Source of the DNA: Promethearchaeota archaeon
GTDB lineage: Archaea > Asgardarchaeota > Lokiarchaeia > Sigyniarchaeales > SOKP01
Direction: 5' to 3'
NCBI GenBank assembly: GCA_030599585.1
Contig: JAUVNS010000009.1
Span: 149,233-213,232 of the forward strand
DNA length: 64,000 nt
The position numbers and the translations under genes are program-made. Below are positions 10,043 through 21,172 of the stretch, piece after piece (positions within the stretch are counted from its first letter, which is position 1; each line of letters starts with the position of its first letter). The notes beneath the pieces were generated by a model. The model made no database searches. It saw only the letters and a list, made by a program, of their open reading frames with translations, and was not told the origin of the DNA.

Positions 10043-11179
10043 GTGAATAAACCAACAAAAAAAGATATTATTCCCCTCATCACAACTGCGTTATTTACTG
10101 TGTGGATTATATTTTGGTCGGTTGCGATAATTATTGGTGAAATTCCTCTTAACTTTGAAAGTATTTTCTACTTCATCCTCCCAGTACCTTGGATTGTCCT
10201 TATGGTGATCGTGTGGGTTAATTGGAAAAACATAAGTAGCAAAATACTCAATCCCGAATATGGAAAATCTTTTTTTGATCCGCTCTATATTAAAGAAGGG
10301 CTTGTGAGACTATTCCAGATCGTGTTAGTCTTTATCGTGTTTATTTATTATATTACTATTGATATAAACAATCCAAGTCCTGATTCTATTATTCCGACAG
10401 GGCTTTTGGTTGTTGTAAATGCAATTTTAGGGTATTTCGGTTTTACTCAATCGGACATTCTTCCTAAAGAATATGTTATCGAGAGTCTTAATGTTGATGT
10501 TCCCAGTAATAAAAAACTCTTATCCTCGCTTCCAGTTGTAAAAGACGCGTTTTATCAATTCGAGGTACGATTTTATGATACGCTTAAAGCTATCGAACAA
10601 TTAATTCAAAAATCTTCTTTGACAGTAAATGCAGCAATAGAAAACATTGAACAGAGATTAGATGACATCGAAAAAATTGTAAATAATGTTCCATATTACA
10701 CTTTTTCCCGAGATAAGTTCGAAAAATATAATTATCTCGTCTTGATTGTACTACTAGCTGTTATAAATATCATTTTGCAACCTGTTTTTGGCGTTCCGAC
10801 GTTTATAGCCCTCCCAACCTTCTCTATCTTCGGTATTTTGATTGGAGTTTCAGCTCGTAATAAAATAAATGGGAATATCTCAAATAATTTAGTAGAAGAT
10901 ATCAATGCGCTGAAAAAAGAATTACAATTTTATAAGAAAAATTTGGAAGATATAACAACATATACTTCTGAATTGTTAGAAGATTTGAAACAACTATATG
11001 AAGCATTTATGAAGAGTAATTTTCTAGAGTTCTTACCGGCAAACTACTCCCCGTTTCTTTCCATCGGATTTGTCTCGTTTCTTTCGCTCTTTATTTTCCT
11101 TCTTCCATTAACTCTACATGATGTTATTTTTACTACGATGCAGTGGTTTGTAATATATTACTTTACTACCAAACAATAA
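10043..11179 (+). CDS. Multi-pass membrane protein with coiled-coil loops
   Basis: 378 aa, about 7-8 hydrophobic segments separated by two heptad-like stretches. Confidence 0.75.
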   Translation: MNKPTKKDIIPLITTALFTVWIIFWSVAIIIGEIPLNFESIFYFILPVPWIVLMVIVWVNWKNISSKILNPEYGKSFFDPLYIKEGLVRLFQIVLVFIVFIYYITIDINNPSPDSIIPTGLLVVVNAILGYFGFTQSDILPKEYVIESLNVDVPSNKKLLSSLPVVKDAFYQFEVRFYDTLKAIEQLIQKSSLTVNAAIENIEQRLDDIEKIVNNVPYYTFSRDKFEKYNYLVLIVLLAVINIILQPVFGVPTFIALPTFSIFGILIGVSARNKINGNISNNLVEDINALKKELQFYKKNLEDITTYTSELLEDLKQLYEAFMKSNFLEFLPANYSPFLSIGFVSFLSLFIFLLPLTLHDVIFTTMQWFVIYYFTTKQ

Positions 11180-11312
11180 TTAAATCGTTATTTCCCCAAT
11201 CTAAGCGGTCTTTTCCATCGTCGAAATAAAGACCTAAATACGAAAAAGTAATTTTCCATCATTAGCGAAGTTTCTCTACATAAATGTAAATTAAAATAAA
11301 AAATGAGATTAG

Positions 11313-13199
11313 ATGTTCGAAAAGGAATTAGCGAAAATAAAGGCAGAAAGGAGTAAGAAAAAGCCTCAAAAGAAAAAAAAGCAGAAAAAGTCGAGGGAAC
11401 CACCCAAACCGAAAGAAATTGTAACTAAAAAGAAAAAGGACCGAAGTAAGACGCAAAAAAAAAGAGAAGAAAGAATAGCTAAAAGAAAAGAAATTGAGGA
11501 AATTAAAAAAGAAAAAGAAATTGAACCAATTTCTGCTCTGGAACCTGAAGAAGAGGAGAAAATCTTCGTAGAAGATGAAACTGATGAGCTAGATGAAGCA
11601 GCAGCAGTTCAAAAAATAACAACGAAAGAGCCTTTAAGTGAAACAATTGAAGGTTCGGAAGAACAAGAAGAACAAGAAGAAATAACAGATATGGTAATAC
11701 CTCAAGACTCTGAGACAAAGAAAGAGGCACCAGATGTACCTCCTATAGAGCCTTCAGAAGAGGTCGCAGAAAAGCGAGAAAAAGATGAAGAGATAACACA
11801 AGTAGATGAGAAGCTAATAAAAACGCCTAAAAAACCTACAGAAGAGATAAAAGAAAAGTCCACTGAAGAATTAAAAGAAAAAATTATTAGAATTCCAGAA
11901 AGACGTCGAAAAAGAAAGAGGAAGGAAATACCTGAGACCAAAATGGAAGAGAGAGAAGTTTTAAGAAGACATAAAATGGTACTTCAAGAAAATAAAAACT
12001 TAACCATAAAGGAATTTGTGGAAAAACTTAAGCTTGCTCCTAATGATCCTTCATATTTGAAATCCATATCACCCGAAGACGCAGTACACATTCTTGTCAT
12101 AATCGGTCTACATTCATTTCCTTTCGGTCCAGTTTTGCGTAGATCCGTAATGGAGAAAATAGGTAAGGATCCTCGGGAGATAACATTTCAAAAGTTGCTA
12201 GATTCGATTACTGCAATTAATGTGGACGAAATTAAGGATAAGAAATTGTTGACGGTGATTAGAAATGTCTATAATAAAATAAACTTGAGAACTATAGCAG
12301 ATCCTTATCAATCTGACCTCCAGTTAAAAAACCATCCTGTTTTCCAAAAATTTATCAAAAAATCTCGGCATATCAAAATAGCAAAATTAATTGGTGTTCC
12401 GGAGGAGGGTTTAAGGAGGTTGTCTGATAAAATCCCCGAAGAAAAGACATTTATCGGCTCGGAAAATGAACAGATTAGGGATGAAGTTCAAATTAATTTA
12501 GAACTAATCCAAGAGATCAAAGAGACAATGTCTATCATGAAACGACTTGAAGTCAAACCTAAATTAGCTGTGATCCTATCTAAAAAATTTAAGCAAGATG
12601 ATTTGACTTCACTTAGTGTTGAGGAAATTAAAGCTGCAATAGAAAAGTCTCCAATAAAAGTTCAAGAATCTGAATATCCTAACGAGAAATTAAAAAAGAT
12701 TCAAACTCTTCTTGAGATCCAAAATCCTAATATCGCATATTTATATAAGGTTATCGCTGAGCTAGACCTGCAATCCGCTTTAAAAATGTATATTAGTGAA
12801 TACAAAATAAAATCAATAGCTGACTTCAATAAAATAGTCGTAGAAAACAATGAAAAAAAGACAATATTCGACATCATTTCTGCTAAAGTTGATTCTAAAC
12901 AAAAAGTTGAAGATTTAAAAGTATATTTAAGATTATCTAGAATTTCAAAAAATTTTGAACTTAATAAAGCTTTAATCGAGAATAACTTCACCTCCTATTA
13001 CAAGATAACTCAGATTCCTCTATTTGAATTTCAAAATAAGTTCATAAATAAAGCTTCGAAAAACGAATTGAAGGAGATTTATTACAGAATTCAAAGGAAT
13101 TTCGCGAAATCCGTAACGCGAAGGTCTTTAAGAACTTTATCTCCTCAAAATCGGCAGTTTGATTATCTTGTTAATAAATTAACTTCAAAAAAAAAATGA
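11313..13199 (+). CDS. Putative detached N-terminal part of the Tc toxin A subunit, with a K/E-rich disordered leader
   Basis: C-terminal YLRLSRI…ALIENNFTSYYKITQIPLFEF resembles the helical motif that precedes SPAAYL in TcA proteins; 18 bp upstream of tcA. Confidence 0.6.
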   Translation: MFEKELAKIKAERSKKKPQKKKKQKKSREPPKPKEIVTKKKKDRSKTQKKREERIAKRKEIEEIKKEKEIEPISALEPEEEEKIFVEDETDELDEAAAVQKITTKEPLSETIEGSEEQEEQEEITDMVIPQDSETKKEAPDVPPIEPSEEVAEKREKDEEITQVDEKLIKTPKKPTEEIKEKSTEELKEKIIRIPERRRKRKRKEIPETKMEEREVLRRHKMVLQENKNLTIKEFVEKLKLAPNDPSYLKSISPEDAVHILVIIGLHSFPFGPVLRRSVMEKIGKDPREITFQKLLDSITAINVDEIKDKKLLTVIRNVYNKINLRTIADPYQSDLQLKNHPVFQKFIKKSRHIKIAKLIGVPEEGLRRLSDKIPEEKTFIGSENEQIRDEVQINLELIQEIKETMSIMKRLEVKPKLAVILSKKFKQDDLTSLSVEEIKAAIEKSPIKVQESEYPNEKLKKIQTLLEIQNPNIAYLYKVIAELDLQSALKMYISEYKIKSIADFNKIVVENNEKKTIFDIISAKVDSKQKVEDLKVYLRLSRISKNFELNKALIENNFTSYYKITQIPLFEFQNKFINKASKNELKEIYYRIQRNFAKSVTRRSLRTLSPQNRQFDYLVNKLTSKKK

Positions 13200-13217
13200 A
13201 TAAAAATGTGATAAAAG

Positions 13218-16200
13218 ATGAGTATATATAATCATAAATGTAAGCGATGTGAAGCCGTATATAGTCCAGCCGCTTATTTGTTAGCTCTTACGCGCTATAT
13301 TGATCACTACTTTTCTACGGGAAAAAGTACGAAGGATATGGTTTATTTATTTAATCGTATGCAGAGAAAATATTTACTTGATATGCCAATTACTTGTGAG
13401 GAGATTCAAAAAAAAAATGCGCAACCTAAGATTGCCATAAAAGTACTTCTCAATTATATAAAAGATAAAACTAGTATTTCGAGTGATGAAGAAGTTTTCG
13501 AAATTCTTAGTAATTCAGTGAATCCTTCTTCTTATTCGTACTATAGTTTGCTATTTGATGAATACTTACATGTCTTAGGAACTAGCTTGAGAGAAATTCA
13601 TTCGATCACTATAAAACCAGATAGTGTTACCGGAAACACCCTAGCCGAGATTCTAAGTATATCGGTAAACGAGTTATCACTCATAACTGAAAAATCAGAT
13701 ATTCTAAGAATTCAGGAGGTTTTATTGGAGGACATTGACGAAACCTCCGTGTCAGACGCGGCGGGAAATAGAGCTTACTTTCAGAAATTATTCTCCTTTA
13801 GAGAGGAAGACGAGGAATTTAAAGACATTTTACATTTATTCGAAGGAAATAATGCTACTCTATTTGATTTTTTTATGAATTCTCAATTTATTGGGGTAGC
13901 TGGTGATTTGTCATTAGTAAATTTTCAAGTATTCCAAACAATTTTTCAAGTTTTCAATTTACAAAAGGCTTTAGAGATCGATATTATCGAACTAATTATC
14001 CTCCTTCATCAAATGGGTATAAGTGAGTTCTCGTTTGAATCATTAGGGAAGATCCACAAATACATGTTAATGATTACAGAACTTAGATTTTTACCTAGCG
14101 AACTCCTTAGATTGCGTACAGATAATAATATGTTGGTGATTCTTTCTAATCGACTAAATCTAAGAAAAAAAACCCTTGAAAAGGTGAGCTTGATAGAAGG
14201 GCTTACCGATTTAACTCAAATTCCAACATTATACGAAATTTGGGAGATTCTAAAAAAAGCTGAACTATTAGATTTATCTCAAGAGAGCCTATTACAGTTA
14301 AAGTTCTCGTTAGTGGATCCTAGAGTTGAACCGTTAGGGGAAGTACTAGGATATTCAGAAGAAGAAGTTGTAAAGGTGCTCAACACAGGAACTTTAGAAG
14401 ATCTGGTTGAGATGCTTTCAACTTCTGAAAGGGATCTGAACATTCTTTTTAATCTGGGAATTTGTGACAAGATTAATAACGATTTACTAATCGATAGTCT
14501 ATCAGCGTTAAGGAAAGGAGGATGGACCTCATTAGATCTTTTGTATCGACCAATCAGGGTTGCTAAAACCATAGGACTAAATTTATCTGAGTTAATATTT
14601 ATTATGGATCTATTTGAGCCGTTTGGTAAAGATCCGAACGATATCGAATATAGAGAAATACTCCATGTATTGGAGGTTTCTCGTTTTGTTAAGGGTATTG
14701 GATTGAATCTTATGGATGTTGTAGATCTATGTGCCCTATACAAGAGCATCAACCAAAATGAACTCTTAGCGCTATTAGGAGTTGATGAACAATGGTGGGA
14801 GGAATATATGGAAAACAGATCTCTACGCGTTGAAAAGTTAGCTGAGGCTTTAAATTATCCTGAATTGAAATTAGGGTATCTTGTGGAACAATTTAGCAAA
14901 ATTGAGGTTAACGAAGTTTTATCCGCGGAATCCGATACTAAGAAAATCCATGTAAAAAACGATTTACTTCGCGTGTATCAACCTGGGAGATGGAGAATCA
15001 TCGTTATTTCAAATAAAGAGATTAAGAAAGATTATACTGTCACTGGTTGCAGTACATCTTTAGGCGATACAACGGGAGCAAAGTATTTTACTGTCGAGGA
15101 AGAACCTGTTGGATTAAAAGAGGGAGATTTCATTAAAATTTTAAACGAAAACAGAAATTATCGATGGTTATTATCGCAAAATTCACGGAATGTGGTGAAA
15201 AGGACATATATTTTAACGAGATGGATTCAACTTGTTCAAGGACTTAAAGTTGATATTGAGATGGTGTATCCTGACCTTTTCAACCATGATCAGACGATTG
15301 ACGGAACTTATTCGTTTGATAATTTCTTTATGGTTTGTTTCATAGCAGTTGGAGTTTCAAAGGTAAAAAAGGCAATTGGTTCACTTAATTGGACAGATAT
15401 CAACGAGATTGCTCATATTACTACTCTTGAACAAGTTAAGAAAATATTTGGATCAGTTTTATTAGCAAGATATTTAAATATTGATTTTACTAAACTTATA
15501 GATTGGAATCTATGGGAAATAGATATTAGATTGGAGAAAGTTAACAAATTAAAGGATTTCCTCAGATTAAGATTAGAAGAAGTTCAATTTGAAACCGAAC
15601 TTGAAAAAGTAGAGGAAAGAATGCTTGAAAGAACTCGAGACGCTCTTTTATATTATGCAATATCCCCAAATCTCCCTTGCGAAGAAAAAGATTTCCCTCA
15701 AACGGTGGAAGCCCTTTCTAATGAATTACTAATTGACCAAAGAGTGTCAAAAAATGTTTTTACTAATGAAATTCTTCAAGCTATCGAATCTCTTCAAACT
15801 TATACAATTAGAATGCAAACTGGACAAGAAAATATGAACGATTTGCGTGAATCACATTTCCTCCATTTTGTAAATTCTCTAATAACCATCGATGATTTAA
15901 TCGAGGGAATTATAAGTGATCCGGAAATTGAAGATAATACTTTAGGTTATGTGATAAATTCTACTGAAGCGGATTTTATTAAAACTGCTCGACAAAATGA
16001 GGGAGGGGCTTTTACAGACATCGATCAAATTATTCAGATTGAAGGGTTGGATGAAGGTAGGATAGATGATATAATTGATGCATTGCAGTATACATTTCGG
16101 ACGGTCCACGCTCCTTTAACGCGAAAGGGTTGGTGGGAAAGCATGGAGAGAGACTGGAAATGGATGCGACGATATGTTCTTTGGGAAGCAGCCCAAAAAG

Positions 16201-19200
16201 TGTTTCTTTTCCCAGAAAATTATTTAATGCCAGAATTAAGGGATAATAAATCCCCCTTTTTTGAAGAATTCGAAGAGGAATTAAGTCAGGGAGAAGTTAC
16301 CCAAGACATAGCAGAAAAAGCTATATCAGGATATATTGATAGCATTCACCCCCTTAGTTCTATATCCGTTTCAGGATCTCTTTATGATGCTGATAAAAAA
16401 TTACTACATATATTTTCTCGTAGTCATATAGGAGATAAAGAAACTTATCATAGAACTTTTCAGAATCAATCTATTTGGAGTCCTTGGATAAAATTTCCTA
16501 CGGAAATCAATTCCGATCATTTATATCCATATCTTGCGCATAACCGAGTTTACATTTTCTGGATTGAGACTGAAGTTAAAGAAGATGAAATAATTAATTA
16601 TAAACACACTTTATGTTTCACTTATTCATTGGATTTGAAAGAGTGGTCCAAAAAAAAAACATTTGAGATAATCGATCCTGATTCTGAGGAGGATTTATTT
16701 ACTATTGTAGAATTTCCATGGGTAGGAATCTATAGTGCTGAATCAACTGGTGATATCAATATTTACATAAATATCTCAGCTCCATTCCCGGATTGGGATC
16801 CAGAAATCTTAGATATCTATTTTGATACTTCATTTCTTAGAAGATTAATAGTGACCTGTCAGGATAGAATGGATTTCATTCCTCTAGATTACCCAGGTCA
16901 GGAACGAACCTTCAGCAAAGCAGATTGGACTTTTGATTTTCCAGAAGGTATGAATGATTTTTCTTATCTCATGAGGTTTTTTTATAAGGATACGGCTAGT
17001 TCCAGAGCAATATTAGGTTATATAGACACCAATTATGCAATGATACCATTTTGGGAAAAACACGAACATGGTAGAGCCACGATGTCAGAATACAAGGATA
17101 AAAACCTTGTAAATTTGCTTTTTATTAAGGATTCACAATTAAATCTTATTTCATGTGAAAGGCAAAAATTTAACCCTCCAGTTATTTTTGAAGATTATTT
17201 CGAGGGTATAGATTTGAATCCAAGATGGAGAGCTTTTCCAAAGCAGGGTGTGATTAATTTGACTAATGAGACTTTACGCCTTGGAAATACTGGAATTTGC
17301 GATTGGTGGAGATTTTTAATTAATGAAGTTGTTGGTCAAGAAGACTGTTTGGTAATAATAGGATATCTATTTGGTATACCAATACCCTGGCCTGGTAAAT
17401 GCGATGTTTATGGTGATGTAGAATATAGAATATATAATGCACCCTATGTAATAACTCCAATTCCTATTGAGTACGAAAATAAATGGGGTGTTAAAGTTGA
17501 GATTACTCATCCGGTTACGGTACATAATCAAAACCATTACGGATTGATGCTTTATGATCATGATGGAAATGTTTGGTTTTTTGGACACTATGCTTCTACC
17601 TTGAAACAGGTAAGGATTGAAAAACTTGTGAATCACATACCTACACATAATGTAGCTTCTGTATTAATGCCTCTTGTTGGCAAAAAATTTAACCACTTGC
17701 GGATTGAAAAGCGAGGAGATACTTACTATTTTGATTATAGCCGAGACGGAGAGAGCTGGAAAAATTTGTACAGTACCAGTAATCTTGGATTTGAAGCTAC
17801 CCACATCGGATTGTTTAAAAAAAATTGGGGGAGTTCTTCACAGACAAAATGGGTTCACTTTGACAATTTTTCGATATACGAAATCGTTCCATTAGCCGAT
17901 ATGTCATTAGTAAATTTAGATTACAAAAAAGTTTTGAATATTGACTCAACATTTAAAATCGATGACGCAATTGCAATAGGGAACAACTCATACTTCTTTT
18001 GCTCCGATCAATTTCGTAGTTTTATGTTAATAGTCCATCTGGAAGATAACGGCATAAATCTTAAACCACAGATCTCCATTAGCCAACTTAATTACAGTAA
18101 ACATTGTATTCTCAAAGATAAACTGTTCCGTGAGGGAATAGACCAATTATACAATCCAGATCTTCAAATTGAAGAAATTAGCCAACCCTATACCAAACTT
18201 TACAATTTCTCTAAAGAAGAAAATCCTCTTATCGGTGATGAAAGCATCCTCCCAGGTTTAACGCTAGAGTTTCACGGACCTAATAAACTTTACAACTGGG
18301 AAATATTTTTCCACATTCCCTATTTTATTGCTGAAGGTCTAAAACAAAATAGGAAGTTTGAACAAGCTGTAGAATGGTATCAATATATTTTCAATCCGTT
18401 TATTAAACCCGATTCTACAAATACCGATAAGGAAGAGTATTTCAAGGAAGTACAGTGGAAATTTAAACCATTTAGAGTAGAAATGGATGAACCGTTCTCT
18501 ACCTACTTATACGATCCGGAGGATATAGATAATTGGCGAAAAGATCCATTTAATCCTCATGCTTTAGCTAGAGTAAGACCGAATACGTACCAAAAGTCTA
18601 TTTTACTTTCTTATATTGAAAACCTTCTAGAATGGGCAGATCAAGACTTTACGCGCGATACACAAGAATCTATAAATGCAGCACGAATCCGATATTTATT
18701 CGTAGAACGCCTGTTAGATCTCTCGGAATTCGAAGAAGAAATACCGTTTGGTTTAGTATCTCGGACCCTAAGAAAAATGAATGAGTTTTCAATCGAATTT
18801 GAAGAGGAGACCTCTGACTCGAATTCAGAGTATAATGGCGATAATACTGAAAATCAATTATTAATTGGTACTCTACCTGAAGAGTGGATAGATCCCATCG
18901 AAATAATAATCGATCCTTATAGTTTGGAAGCGATGCTAATAAGTCTTCAAGTTGGGTGCATTCCTGAAAATCCCATCTTTAAATCTTTGTTATTTCAATT
19001 GCAATCTAATATACAAAAAATAAGGACCGGGCGAAATATTGCTGGAGTTAAGCGCCTTCTTCCTTTATTCGAAGCCTCGATTGATCCTATGTCTGCAATA
19101 ACTGCTGTGGCTTCAGGTTTGAGCCTTGATAACTTAAATTTTTCTTCAGCATCAAATATTGGACCCTATCGTTTCGTATTTTTGATCGAACGTGCTAAAC

Positions 19201-21146
19201 ATCTCGCCAATTTAGTTATTCAAGCAGGAAATGCTCTACTTTCAGCAATCGAGAAAAAAGTAGCTGAAGAATTAACGTATTTGAAGGCGAAACAGGAACT
19301 CAAACTAGCTCGAGCAAATGTTCACCTTAGAAAGCTGGGAGTTATCGAAGCCAAGGATAGTCTAAAACTCGCAGAAAAGCAAACTGAAAAAGCTGATTTT
19401 ATGCAACAACATTACAGTCAATTAATTCAGAATGGTCAAAATCAATATGAAACTCTCACATTAAACTTCCTTAGTTCATCCATAATGATGATGCAAATTT
19501 CACAGGGATTTCAGACCGCAGCAGCATTTGCTTCACTTATTCCTTCGTTTACTTTCGGTACTGAAATTTCAACTTCATATGGGGGTTCTAATATAGCCGG
19601 TTATTTAGGCGGAATAGCTGGTATGTTCTCAACTCAAGCGGGTATACAATCAACCAGATCCTCAATTGCTAGTATGAATGCGCATTTTCAAAGAAGATCT
19701 GAGGAATGGACATTTCAAAAAGACATGGCAGCAAAAGAAAAGTCAATTTCACTACAAGGTGAAGTTATAGCAGACGATAAGGTAAGAATTGCTGAGATGG
19801 AACAAGACATTGCTGAAATGCAAGCGGAGTTTGCAGATGCAACGCTTGAGTTCCTTAAAGAAAAATTCACTAATAGAGAGCTATATAAATGGATGGTAAA
19901 AACGCTTTCAAAAATTTTGTATGGTTTTTATAATCTTGCTTATACCACAGCTCGAATGGCTCAAGCAACTATGGAATTTGAGAGAAATGAAACGTACGAT
20001 TATATTTCGTATGGCTACTGGGAATCGGAGAAAAAAGGATTGCTTTCGGGAGATCAATTGCTTTTGGACATCAATAGAATGGATGACGCATATATAAACA
20101 ATAATGTGCGAAAACTTGAGATTACAAAACACATTTCTCTCTCTCAAATGGCCCCTGAGGCAATAATCCAGCTACGCACTTATGGAAAGGCTATATTTAC
20201 TACTCCAATGTCGTGGTATGATCGCGATTTTCCAGGACACTTCCAGAGAATTATAAAAAGTGTAAAATTTTCTCTGTTAGCTCTTGTAGGACCAGGGACG
20301 AGTGTAAATGCTACATTGTCTACAATAAGTGCTTCTAAGGTAGTAATTAATCCAAATGAAGATCCAGTGTTTGTACCTAGAATACAGAGTGTCGCTCTCT
20401 CTGGAGCATCAAACTCTACAGGACTTTTTGATTTAAACTATAAAGACGAACGATATCTACCTTTCGAAGGCTCTGGTGTGGCTGTCACATGGGAAATAGA
20501 AATGCCAAAAGCTTCAAATAGATTTGACTTTGACACAATAATAGACGCTATATTAACTATTGATTACACTGCTCTTTCTGATTTGGATTATAAACAACAA
20601 ATCATCGAAGAACTTGGAACAGAATGGAGAAGTATGCTTCCAATTTCCGTCCGGAACGCATTTCCAGATGCATGGTATAATTTTCATAATCCAATATTGA
20701 ATAATTCGGAAAATACCGCAGAACCTTACTCTTTGGTTTTCGAGGTTCCACGAACAATGTTTCCTCCTAATGAAGAAGAGCACAGATTGGAAAGTGTAAG
20801 TATTTATCTTAGTCTAGATAATCTTGAAATACAAATCCCATTAAAGATCAAATATACATCTGAGAAAGGACAAACCGTTAGGATGTCAAGAAACACAGGA
20901 ACCGATGGGACTCTATTCCTTGGTACAAACTTTAACAGATTCTCACCTTTTGGAAAATGGGAAATTACAATAGACATAAATCGAGCACCTGAAGTTTTAT
21001 GGGCTCGGGACAGAAATGGAAATCATATCGTGGCTCAAATTGAGGATCAAGATATAATAGTTCCACAATTAAACACGGAGAGAATATTAAACCTCCTAAT
21101 TGCATTTAATTACAAAGCTGAATTAGATTGGGGACCTCAAGATTAA
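13218..21146 (+). CDS. Tc (ABC) toxin complex A subunit (TcdA/TcaB-like)
   Basis: CKRCEAVYSPAAYL (VRP1-like); LLID…QAIESLQTY; W.WM..Y.LWEA..KVFLFPENYLMPELRDNKSPFF; YNWEIFFHIP; PFNPHALARVR; YRF..L.ERAK; RRSEEW; GLLSGDQL; RKLEITKHISL; DRDFPGH..R.IKSV; YLPFEGSG. Confidence 0.93.
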   Translation: MSIYNHKCKRCEAVYSPAAYLLALTRYIDHYFSTGKSTKDMVYLFNRMQRKYLLDMPITCEEIQKKNAQPKIAIKVLLNYIKDKTSISSDEEVFEILSNSVNPSSYSYYSLLFDEYLHVLGTSLREIHSITIKPDSVTGNTLAEILSISVNELSLITEKSDILRIQEVLLEDIDETSVSDAAGNRAYFQKLFSFREEDEEFKDILHLFEGNNATLFDFFMNSQFIGVAGDLSLVNFQVFQTIFQVFNLQKALEIDIIELIILLHQMGISEFSFESLGKIHKYMLMITELRFLPSELLRLRTDNNMLVILSNRLNLRKKTLEKVSLIEGLTDLTQIPTLYEIWEILKKAELLDLSQESLLQLKFSLVDPRVEPLGEVLGYSEEEVVKVLNTGTLEDLVEMLSTSERDLNILFNLGICDKINNDLLIDSLSALRKGGWTSLDLLYRPIRVAKTIGLNLSELIFIMDLFEPFGKDPNDIEYREILHVLEVSRFVKGIGLNLMDVVDLCALYKSINQNELLALLGVDEQWWEEYMENRSLRVEKLAEALNYPELKLGYLVEQFSKIEVNEVLSAESDTKKIHVKNDLLRVYQPGRWRIIVISNKEIKKDYTVTGCSTSLGDTTGAKYFTVEEEPVGLKEGDFIKILNENRNYRWLLSQNSRNVVKRTYILTRWIQLVQGLKVDIEMVYPDLFNHDQTIDGTYSFDNFFMVCFIAVGVSKVKKAIGSLNWTDINEIAHITTLEQVKKIFGSVLLARYLNIDFTKLIDWNLWEIDIRLEKVNKLKDFLRLRLEEVQFETELEKVEERMLERTRDALLYYAISPNLPCEEKDFPQTVEALSNELLIDQRVSKNVFTNEILQAIESLQTYTIRMQTGQENMNDLRESHFLHFVNSLITIDDLIEGIISDPEIEDNTLGYVINSTEADFIKTARQNEGGAFTDIDQIIQIEGLDEGRIDDIIDALQYTFRTVHAPLTRKGWWESMERDWKWMRRYVLWEAAQKVFLFPENYLMPELRDNKSPFFEEFEEELSQGEVTQDIAEKAISGYIDSIHPLSSISVSGSLYDADKKLLHIFSRSHIGDKETYHRTFQNQSIWSPWIKFPTEINSDHLYPYLAHNRVYIFWIETEVKEDEIINYKHTLCFTYSLDLKEWSKKKTFEIIDPDSEEDLFTIVEFPWVGIYSAESTGDINIYINISAPFPDWDPEILDIYFDTSFLRRLIVTCQDRMDFIPLDYPGQERTFSKADWTFDFPEGMNDFSYLMRFFYKDTASSRAILGYIDTNYAMIPFWEKHEHGRATMSEYKDKNLVNLLFIKDSQLNLISCERQKFNPPVIFEDYFEGIDLNPRWRAFPKQGVINLTNETLRLGNTGICDWWRFLINEVVGQEDCLVIIGYLFGIPIPWPGKCDVYGDVEYRIYNAPYVITPIPIEYENKWGVKVEITHPVTVHNQNHYGLMLYDHDGNVWFFGHYASTLKQVRIEKLVNHIPTHNVASVLMPLVGKKFNHLRIEKRGDTYYFDYSRDGESWKNLYSTSNLGFEATHIGLFKKNWGSSSQTKWVHFDNFSIYEIVPLADMSLVNLDYKKVLNIDSTFKIDDAIAIGNNSYFFCSDQFRSFMLIVHLEDNGINLKPQISISQLNYSKHCILKDKLFREGIDQLYNPDLQIEEISQPYTKLYNFSKEENPLIGDESILPGLTLEFHGPNKLYNWEIFFHIPYFIAEGLKQNRKFEQAVEWYQYIFNPFIKPDSTNTDKEEYFKEVQWKFKPFRVEMDEPFSTYLYDPEDIDNWRKDPFNPHALARVRPNTYQKSILLSYIENLLEWADQDFTRDTQESINAARIRYLFVERLLDLSEFEEEIPFGLVSRTLRKMNEFSIEFEEETSDSNSEYNGDNTENQLLIGTLPEEWIDPIEIIIDPYSLEAMLISLQVGCIPENPIFKSLLFQLQSNIQKIRTGRNIAGVKRLLPLFEASIDPMSAITAVASGLSLDNLNFSSASNIGPYRFVFLIERAKHLANLVIQAGNALLSAIEKKVAEELTYLKAKQELKLARANVHLRKLGVIEAKDSLKLAEKQTEKADFMQQHYSQLIQNGQNQYETLTLNFLSSSIMMMQISQGFQTAAAFASLIPSFTFGTEISTSYGGSNIAGYLGGIAGMFSTQAGIQSTRSSIASMNAHFQRRSEEWTFQKDMAAKEKSISLQGEVIADDKVRIAEMEQDIAEMQAEFADATLEFLKEKFTNRELYKWMVKTLSKILYGFYNLAYTTARMAQATMEFERNETYDYISYGYWESEKKGLLSGDQLLLDINRMDDAYINNNVRKLEITKHISLSQMAPEAIIQLRTYGKAIFTTPMSWYDRDFPGHFQRIIKSVKFSLLALVGPGTSVNATLSTISASKVVINPNEDPVFVPRIQSVALSGASNSTGLFDLNYKDERYLPFEGSGVAVTWEIEMPKASNRFDFDTIIDAILTIDYTALSDLDYKQQIIEELGTEWRSMLPISVRNAFPDAWYNFHNPILNNSENTAEPYSLVFEVPRTMFPPNEEEHRLESVSIYLSLDNLEIQIPLKIKYTSEKGQTVRMSRNTGTDGTLFLGTNFNRFSPFGKWEITIDINRAPEVLWARDRNGNHIVAQIEDQDIIVPQLNTERILNLLIAFNYKAELDWGPQD

Positions 21147-21172
21147 AGAGTACCAATCGGAGTTGATATATA

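Noticed and set aside
13187-13217. A10 slippage or stop read-through fusing the 628-aa ORF to TcA
   Set aside because: The ORFs are already in frame and separated by three stops; TcA has its own RBS.
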